This document shows positions 58,284-64,000 of a stretch of DNA of 64,000 nt, piece by piece. The first letter of the stretch is position 1, and each line of letters starts with the position of its first letter. The position numbers were made by a program, and so were the translations under genes. The notes under the pieces are model-generated. The model did no database searches. It was not told the origin of the DNA and worked only from the letters and a program-made list of their open reading frames with translations. The stretch comes from Bradyrhizobium sp. (GTDB taxonomy: Bacteria; Pseudomonadota; Alphaproteobacteria; Rhizobiales; Xanthobacteraceae), in assembly GCA_035547995.1 (NCBI GenBank), contig DASZTN010000178.1, positions 10,519 to 74,518 on the forward strand, read 5' to 3'.

Positions 58284-59171
58284 GTGTCTGACGCCGCGGC
58301 AACATTGACGAAAGATCGGCAAAAGCTGGAGCTGACTGCACTGTCAGCGCCGGCGGTGCTGTTCACCGTCGGGATGATTGCCTTTCCGGTGATCTATACG
58401 GTTTGGCTTTCTTTCCAGAGCTTTTCGTCGACCGGCCAGCAGTCCTTCGCGGGCCTATCCAACTACACCAAGCTGGCCTTCGACAATGAGTTCTGGAACG
58501 GGCTGTGGGTGACGTTCGCACTTTATGTGCTGTCGCTGGCGTTGCAGCTCTTTTTCGGCATCTGGCTGGCGCTGGTGTTGTTTCATGCCAAGCGCCTGCC
58601 GGGCATCGTGCGCTCGCTGTTCATCTCGCCCTTCCTGATGCCGCCGGTGGTGGCCGGCATGATGTGGCTCGTGATCCTCGATCCTTCTCTGGGCGCGGCG
58701 AACTACATTCTCACCTCGTTCGGTCTGCCGCCGTCGGACTGGCTGGCTTCGCCGACCTGGGTGATCCCGACCATCGCGCTGATCGATACCTGGCAATGGG
58801 CGCCCTATGTCGCGCTGATCGTGCTGGGTGGGCTGCAATCCTTGCCGCCGAGCGTCTATGAGGCCGCGCAAATCGACGGCGCTTCGCCGTTCAAGACGTT
58901 CCAGCGCATCACCCTGCCGTTGCTGCTGCCGACGATCGTCACCGCCACGATCCTGCGCAGCGTCGATCTGCTGCGCTTCTTCGACATCATCTACATCACG
59001 ACACAGGGCGGCCCCGGCAATGCCTCGAACACGCTCAACATCTATGGCTTCCGGGTCGGTTTCGAGTTCTTCAACATCGGCTATGCCTCGGCGCTGATGC
59101 TGACGCTGACCGCGATCGTGTTCGGCGCCGTGCTGGCATTCAATCGCCTGCGCAGCGCGGTAGCGTGGTGA
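58284..59171 (+). CDS. Sugar ABC permease (MalF/UgpA-like)
   Basis: EAA loop YEAAQIDGAS; TQGGPG. Confidence 0.93.
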   Translation: MSDAAATLTKDRQKLELTALSAPAVLFTVGMIAFPVIYTVWLSFQSFSSTGQQSFAGLSNYTKLAFDNEFWNGLWVTFALYVLSLALQLFFGIWLALVLFHAKRLPGIVRSLFISPFLMPPVVAGMMWLVILDPSLGAANYILTSFGLPPSDWLASPTWVIPTIALIDTWQWAPYVALIVLGGLQSLPPSVYEAAQIDGASPFKTFQRITLPLLLPTIVTATILRSVDLLRFFDIIYITTQGGPGNASNTLNIYGFRVGFEFFNIGYASALMLTLTAIVFGAVLAFNRLRSAVAW

Positions 59172-59180
59172 GGCGAAGCC

Positions 59181-60008
59181 ATGGCCGATAGCCGAATGGA
59201 CGATCGTGCGATCCGGATTTTGAATACGGTGCAGCTCGTGATCGCCTGCTTCATCATCCTGGCCCCGGTGGTCTGGATGGTCTTGTCGTCCTTCAAGCCC
59301 TCCTTCGAGGTCACGGCCTATCCGCCGACGCTGATCTTCTCGCCGACGATCGAGAACTACACGCAGCTGATCCGGACCACTCCGTTCTTTTCCTATGCGG
59401 TGAACAGCCTCATCGTGACGATCGGATCGGCGGGGCTCGGGTTGATCTTCGGTATCCCGGCAGCGTTCGCGGTTTCCTGGACGCGTATTTCCTGGCCGGC
59501 GATCCTGACGCTGGCGGCACGGATGGCGCCAGGCACGCTGTTCCTGCTGCCATGGTACGTCATGTTCCGGCAGGTCGATCTGATCGGCTCCTACACCGCG
59601 CTGATTCTCAGTCACGCGGTGATCACGCTGCCGATCGTGATCTGGATCCTGTTGCCGTCCTTCGACAATATCCCGCGCAGCGTGTTCGAGGCGGCTCAGG
59701 TTGATGGCTGCAGCGTCACACGTATCCTGTGGCGGATCGCCTTGCCGCTGGTCGGTTCCGGAATTGCGGTCGCAGCCATTTTGGCTTTCGTGTTCTCCTG
59801 GAATTATTTCCTGTTCGCGCTGGTGCTGTCGAACGGCGACACCAAAACGCTGATTGCAGCCGCCTTTAATTTCGTCGGCGAAGGATCGACGGAATGGGGG
59901 GCGCTGATGGCGGCGGCAACTTTGATTGCGCTGCCGCCGCTCGTTCTGGCGGCGCTTGTCCAGCGCTGGCTGGTCTCCGGACTGACGCTTGGCGCAGTAA
60001 AAGGTTAG
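59181..60008 (+). CDS. Sugar ABC permease (MalG/UgpE-like)
   Basis: FEAAQVDGCS, FSWNYFLFAL, GLTLGAVKG. Confidence 0.93.
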   Translation: MADSRMDDRAIRILNTVQLVIACFIILAPVVWMVLSSFKPSFEVTAYPPTLIFSPTIENYTQLIRTTPFFSYAVNSLIVTIGSAGLGLIFGIPAAFAVSWTRISWPAILTLAARMAPGTLFLLPWYVMFRQVDLIGSYTALILSHAVITLPIVIWILLPSFDNIPRSVFEAAQVDGCSVTRILWRIALPLVGSGIAVAAILAFVFSWNYFLFALVLSNGDTKTLIAAAFNFVGEGSTEWGALMAAATLIALPPLVLAALVQRWLVSGLTLGAVKG

Positions 60009-60017
60009 GTGCCCTAA

Positions 60018-61022
60018 ATGAATGTCTCTCTGCGTTCCAATTCGATCATGCAGGCCGCCGTGTTCCACGGCGATGATCGCATCACCATCGAGCGTGTCGC
60101 GATGCCTGAAGTTGCCGACGGCGAGGTGCTGGTGCGTGTGTCGCGTACGGCGCTGTGCGGATCCGATTTCAAGCTATGGCACAAGGGCGCGGAGTTCACC
60201 GCGGGCCATGAAATCTTCGGCATCGTCGAGCAGCCCGGTCATCCGATGCACGGCAAGCGCTGCGCGATCTATATTCCGCTGCATTGCGGCCGCTGCGCCG
60301 CCTGCAATCGCGGCGATACGCAGATGTGCCTGGAGGTATCGAGCCTGATCGGCTGGAATCGGCCGGGCGGCTATGCCGAATATGTGCCGGTGCCGGAGAA
60401 TTGTCTGCTGCCGGTGCCGGACGATATCGAAGACAGCCTCGCGCCGCTGCTGCTCGACGTCATCGGCACATCCGGCCATGCGGTGCGGTTCGTCAGCCGG
60501 ATCGTGCCGCCACATGAAGCGGGCCCGGTTCTGGTGATGGGAGCAGGGCCGGTCGGACTGGGCGTGGTGCTGGCGCTCCGCAGCCTCGGCTACAGCGACA
60601 TTCACGTGGCCGATCCGAACACAACGCGCCTGAGCATCGCCCAATCCTTCGGCGCCGTGGCGCACCCGGTAGGCGATACCTCGAAACGTTTTGCGCTGAT
60701 CATGGAGTGTTCGGGCGCGCATGCGGCCCGCAATCTCGGCATTGAACTGGTATTGCCGCGCGGGGCCCTGGTGCTGGTCGGAGAGAACGCCGCGCCCTGG
60801 ACGATCGAGGAGGGCAAGGTATTTCGGCGCAAGGATTTCTACATGATCCGAACCTTCTATTTTCCGGTTTCCGATTTCGAACCGAATGTCGAGTTGCTGC
60901 GTCGATACAAGAACGAGTACCGGGTGCTTGTGGACGGCGAATTCGGTCTTCCGGCCTTGCCGGAGAATTTTGCGCGCTTCGCCAGGGGCGAATTGATCAA
61001 GCCGGTGCTGGCGCTGGACTAG
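60018..61022 (+). CDS. Zn-dependent (MDR) alcohol/polyol dehydrogenase
   Basis: LCGSD, GHE, CGRCAAC..C, GAGPVG. Confidence 0.92.
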   Translation: MNVSLRSNSIMQAAVFHGDDRITIERVAMPEVADGEVLVRVSRTALCGSDFKLWHKGAEFTAGHEIFGIVEQPGHPMHGKRCAIYIPLHCGRCAACNRGDTQMCLEVSSLIGWNRPGGYAEYVPVPENCLLPVPDDIEDSLAPLLLDVIGTSGHAVRFVSRIVPPHEAGPVLVMGAGPVGLGVVLALRSLGYSDIHVADPNTTRLSIAQSFGAVAHPVGDTSKRFALIMECSGAHAARNLGIELVLPRGALVLVGENAAPWTIEEGKVFRRKDFYMIRTFYFPVSDFEPNVELLRRYKNEYRVLVDGEFGLPALPENFARFARGELIKPVLALD

Positions 61023-61028
61023 CAGATC

Positions 61029-62102
61029 ATGGCCTCGATCTCCATCCGTAACCTGGTCAAGCGGTACGGTAACTACACCGTCATTCCCGATCTCAATCTC
61101 GAGATTGCCGATCACGAGTTCGTGGTCTTTGTCGGCCCGTCCGGCTGCGGCAAGTCGACCCTGCTCAGGATCGTCGCGGGCCTCGAGCCGATCACCTCGG
61201 GCGATCTCTATATCGGTGATCATCGCGTCAATGGCGTGCCGGCAGCGCAGCGCGACATCGCTATGGTGTTTCAGGATTATGCGCTTTACCCGCATATGCG
61301 CGTTTACGAGAACATGTCGTTTGCGCTGGAGCTTCGCGGCACGCCGAAGGCCGAGATCGATGCGCGGGTGAAACGTGCTGCCGCCTTGCTGCATATCGAG
61401 CCCTATCTCGACCGCAAGCCGAAGGAATTGTCCGGCGGCCAGCGCCAGCGCGTTGCGATGGGACGTGCCATCGTCCGCAATCCGAAGGCCTTTCTGTTCG
61501 ACGAGCCGCTGTCCAATCTCGATGCCAAGCTGCGCGGGCAGGTGAGGGCTGAGATCAAGGCACTGTCGCAGCAGCTCAAGACGACGATGATCTTCGTCAC
61601 GCATGACCAGATCGAGGCGATGACGATGGCCGATCGCATCGTCGTGCTGCAAAACGGTATCGTGCAGCAATACGACACCCCGGAGGCGGTCTACGAGCGC
61701 CCGTCCAATCAATTCGTAGCCGGGTTCATCGGCTCTCCGGCGATGAACTTCTTCTCCGTCGAATTGCGGGGTGATCGGGTGGTGTTCTCGCAGGACGGAG
61801 CTGCGGCGCCGCTTGACCCGGAAAGCCATCGCCTGCTGCGCCAGACCGGAAAAGGCGTGCTCGGAGTCCGGCCTGAGCATTTTGCCGTGGCTACCGAGGG
61901 AGCCGAGGGGATTCCAGTCCAGATCAAGCTGGTCGAGCCGCTCGGCTCGGACACCCTGATTCATTTCGATCTGACCGGGACCTCGGCGATTGCGCGGGTC
62001 GATCCTTCGCTGCGGCCAAGGGTCGGCGATCGTCTCAGCCTTCGTCCGCAGCCGGGGCGAACGCACCTGTTCGACAGTGCGAGTGGCGAGGTGCTGCGGT
62101 GA
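61029..62102 (+). CDS. Sugar ABC ATPase (MalK/UgpC family)
   Basis: GPSGCGKST, VFQDYALYPH, LSGGQRQR, FVAGFIGSP. Confidence 0.95.
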   Translation: MASISIRNLVKRYGNYTVIPDLNLEIADHEFVVFVGPSGCGKSTLLRIVAGLEPITSGDLYIGDHRVNGVPAAQRDIAMVFQDYALYPHMRVYENMSFALELRGTPKAEIDARVKRAAALLHIEPYLDRKPKELSGGQRQRVAMGRAIVRNPKAFLFDEPLSNLDAKLRGQVRAEIKALSQQLKTTMIFVTHDQIEAMTMADRIVVLQNGIVQQYDTPEAVYERPSNQFVAGFIGSPAMNFFSVELRGDRVVFSQDGAAAPLDPESHRLLRQTGKGVLGVRPEHFAVATEGAEGIPVQIKLVEPLGSDTLIHFDLTGTSAIARVDPSLRPRVGDRLSLRPQPGRTHLFDSASGEVLR

Positions 62103-63058
62103 GGCGGAACGATCATCTGAAGGAACCAGCCGCGTTGGCCGGCCTGGCGCCGAATGCCAGGCGTATCAAGGTGATTTGCCTCGGCCTGTCGGCGCTCGAC
62201 CAGATCTGGCGTGTCGATCGCCTGTTTTCGGGTGAAAGCGAGAAGATCAGAAGCGTTGATCATGCGACGCTCGGCGGTGGGATGGCTGCAAATGCAGCCG
62301 TTGCGATTGCGCGCCTCGGCGGCACCGCCACGTTCTGGGGACGCGGCGGCGATGATGCCGCAGGGCACGAGATGCGGTCGGCCCTGGCAGCCGAGCGCAT
62401 CGGCGTCGAGAATTTCCGGCTGTTCAAGGACGGTCGCTCGTCGGTCTCCGGCGTCATCGTCGACAAGTCCGGCGAACGACAGATCGTGAATTTCCGCGGC
62501 CGCTTTCCCGAGGATGCCGGCTGGCTTCCGCTGTGGGAGATTGACGGCGCGTCCGCCGTGCTTGCCGATCCGCGCTGGGTGGAAGGCGCCGCTGCGCTCT
62601 TTGGGCAGGCGCGCGCCCTCGGCATTCCCACCATCCTCGACGGTGACGTTGCGGATGCGGAGATATTCGAGCGGCTGCTTCCGCTCACCGATCACGCCGT
62701 ATTCTCCGAGCCCGCGCTTGCAGGCTTTGTTGGCTCGGCCAGCGACGCATCGCTGGCGAGTCTTGCGCGATTTGGTTGCCGCATCGTCGCGGTCACCCGA
62801 GGCCATAACGGTGTCAGCTGGTACGAGGACGGTGCGTTGAAAACGCAGCCGGCCTACCCAGTCGAGGCGATCGATACCACGGGGGCGGGGGACGTGTTCC
62901 ACGGCGCTTATGCCTTTGCGGTCGGCGCCGGGCTCGATGTAGCAACCGCCATGGCATTCGCTTCCGCCACTGCCGCGATGAAATGCGTGCATTCCGGCGG
63001 TCGTACCGGCATTCCTTCGATCGATGATTGTCTTGCTTTCATGAGGACGAACCAATGA
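62099..63058 (+). CDS. PfkB-family sugar kinase, sulfofructose kinase (YihV)-like
   Basis: GGGMAANAAVA, GERQIVN, VLADPRW, LDGD, DHAVFSEP, DTTGAGDVFHG. Confidence 0.88.
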   Translation: MRRNDHLKEPAALAGLAPNARRIKVICLGLSALDQIWRVDRLFSGESEKIRSVDHATLGGGMAANAAVAIARLGGTATFWGRGGDDAAGHEMRSALAAERIGVENFRLFKDGRSSVSGVIVDKSGERQIVNFRGRFPEDAGWLPLWEIDGASAVLADPRWVEGAAALFGQARALGIPTILDGDVADAEIFERLLPLTDHAVFSEPALAGFVGSASDASLASLARFGCRIVAVTRGHNGVSWYEDGALKTQPAYPVEAIDTTGAGDVFHGAYAFAVGAGLDVATAMAFASATAAMKCVHSGGRTGIPSIDDCLAFMRTNQ

Positions 63059-64000
63059 GAACAATCGGAAAGAACCGCGGGCTTGCACGTCTTGCCGATG
63101 CGGATGGTCACTTTCGCATGGTCGCCCTCGACCAGCGGCCGCCTTTATTCGAAGCGATCGCGCAGGCGAAAGGCATCGCCAAGGATCAGGTCGAATATGC
63201 CGACGTGACGGCAGCAAAACGCCTCCTGGTGGAGACGCTGGCGCCTTATTGCAGCTCGATGCTGTTCGATCCCAATTTTGCGGTTCCCGCGGCGATCGAT
63301 CTCTTGCCGCCACGCTGCGGCCTGATCATGACGCTTGAGGAACATCGCGTCGAGGAAACCACCGGCGGCCGCAAATCGCGAGCGATTTCCAATTGGAGCG
63401 TGGAGAAGATCCGCGCGATGGGGGCCGATGCAGTGAAGGTGCTCGCCTGGTACCGGCCCGACGCTGATCCTGCGATCAACGAGCACCAGAAGCGCTTTGT
63501 CCGGGAGATCGGCGAGGAATGCGCGCGTTTCGACATTCCCTATGTGCTGGAGCTGCTGGTCTATCCGTTTCTCGGCAGCGCCAACCACACTGCCGACTAT
63601 GTGGAATCGCCGGGCAAATTGCCTGAGCTGGTGATCGGCAGCGTGCACGAATTCGCCAAGCCCGAATATGGGGTCGACCTCTTGAAGCTCGAAAGCCCGC
63701 TCGCCGCGAACAGCTTGCCGCCGCGCGATGGCAGCGAGGCAGCCAAGGCTGCGCAGAAGGAATTCGATGCCATTGGTGATATCTGCCGTGAGCGGAATAT
63801 TCCATGGGTGCTGTTGTCGGGCGGTGCGGCGACGGAAAAGTTCGAACGCGTGCTGGACTTCGCCTATGCCGCCGGGGCCGGCGGCTTTCTGGCTGGCCGC
63901 ACCATCTGGCTCCATGCCGTGCGCAACTATTTTCCGGATCGTGTTGCCGTTGCGGCGAGCCTGCGAAGGGACGGCGTCAATGTGATTGAGCGCCTCAACG
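63055..64000 (+). CDS. lacD: Class I ketose-bisphosphate aldolase (tagatose-1,6-bisphosphate aldolase LacD / sulfofructosephosphate aldolase YihT family), truncated by the window end
   Basis: Own translation (not in the ORF track): MRTIGKNRGLARLAD..MVALDQR, GADAVKVL, LELLVYP, GVDLLKLESP (Schiff-base Lys), PWVLLSGG, FLAGRTIW; ATGA overlap with the kinase. Confidence 0.88.
   Translation, partial: MRTIGKNRGLARLADADGHFRMVALDQRPPLFEAIAQAKGIAKDQVEYADVTAAKRLLVETLAPYCSSMLFDPNFAVPAAIDLLPPRCGLIMTLEEHRVEETTGGRKSRAISNWSVEKIRAMGADAVKVLAWYRPDADPAINEHQKRFVREIGEECARFDIPYVLELLVYPFLGSANHTADYVESPGKLPELVIGSVHEFAKPEYGVDLLKLESPLAANSLPPRDGSEAAKAAQKEFDAIGDICRERNIPWVLLSGGAATEKFERVLDFAYAAGAGGFLAGRTIWLHAVRNYFPDRVAVAASLRRDGVNVIERLN

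Noticed and set aside
60174-62066. Long antisense ORFs (also 38838-40607, 58455-60068, 56922-58322, 12230-13666, 30776-32182, 25897-27216, 2529-3863)
   Set aside because: They shadow well-supported genes on the opposite strand and have no recognisable motifs; this is an expected artefact of high-GC codon usage
1-64000. CRISPR arrays, tRNA/rRNA, IS elements, integrase, prophage or defence genes, and island boundaries
   Set aside because: No regularly spaced repeats, RNA-gene signatures or recombinase ORFs were seen. The 37-55 kb part looks slightly less GC-biased by eye, but I could not quantify this, so no horizontal-transfer claim is made

Overview
GC-rich alphaproteobacterial chromosomal segment (Hyphomicrobiales; gene content and an intergenic palindromic element suggest a Bradyrhizobium-like host, which is inference). 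It holds about 56 tightly packed catabolic, transport and regulatory genes. I saw no rRNA, tRNA, CRISPR array, transposase, integrase or phage gene. Modules in order: (1) 1-14.3 kb, a peptide-type ABC transporter, an amidase, two choline/aminoglycoside-kinase-like genes, a HisN-like phosphatase, AraC and DeoR regulators, an ETNPPL/PHYKPL-like class-III PLP enzyme, a GS-like gamma-glutamyl ligase, an Fe-alcohol dehydrogenase and a class I GATase, together a candidate amino-alcohol catabolic system; (2) 14.6-27.4 kb, a sigma54-type urea/amide (Urt-like) ABC transporter with amidase, an M20 carbamoylase, a third kinase paralog, and a MarR/AmiC-like sensor/amidase unit; (3) 27.5-35.5 kb, GntR-UTRA plus an NMT1/TauA-type ABC transporter interleaved with a large metallophosphoesterase and a DUF3604-like protein; (4) 35.6-42.3 kb, a ThDP enzyme, MarR, an amidohydrolase and an ABC transporter; (5) 42.6-54.8 kb, four NtaA/DszA-type flavin monooxygenases, a flavin reductase, a polar amino-acid ABC transporter, GntR, an enoyl-CoA hydratase and an acyl-CoA ligase; (6) 55-64 kb, a LacI-controlled sugar ABC transporter with SDR, Zn-dehydrogenase, a YihV-like PfkB kinase and a LacD/YihT-like aldolase (possible sulfoglycolysis variant). 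All product calls come from motif recognition by eye; no database searches were run.
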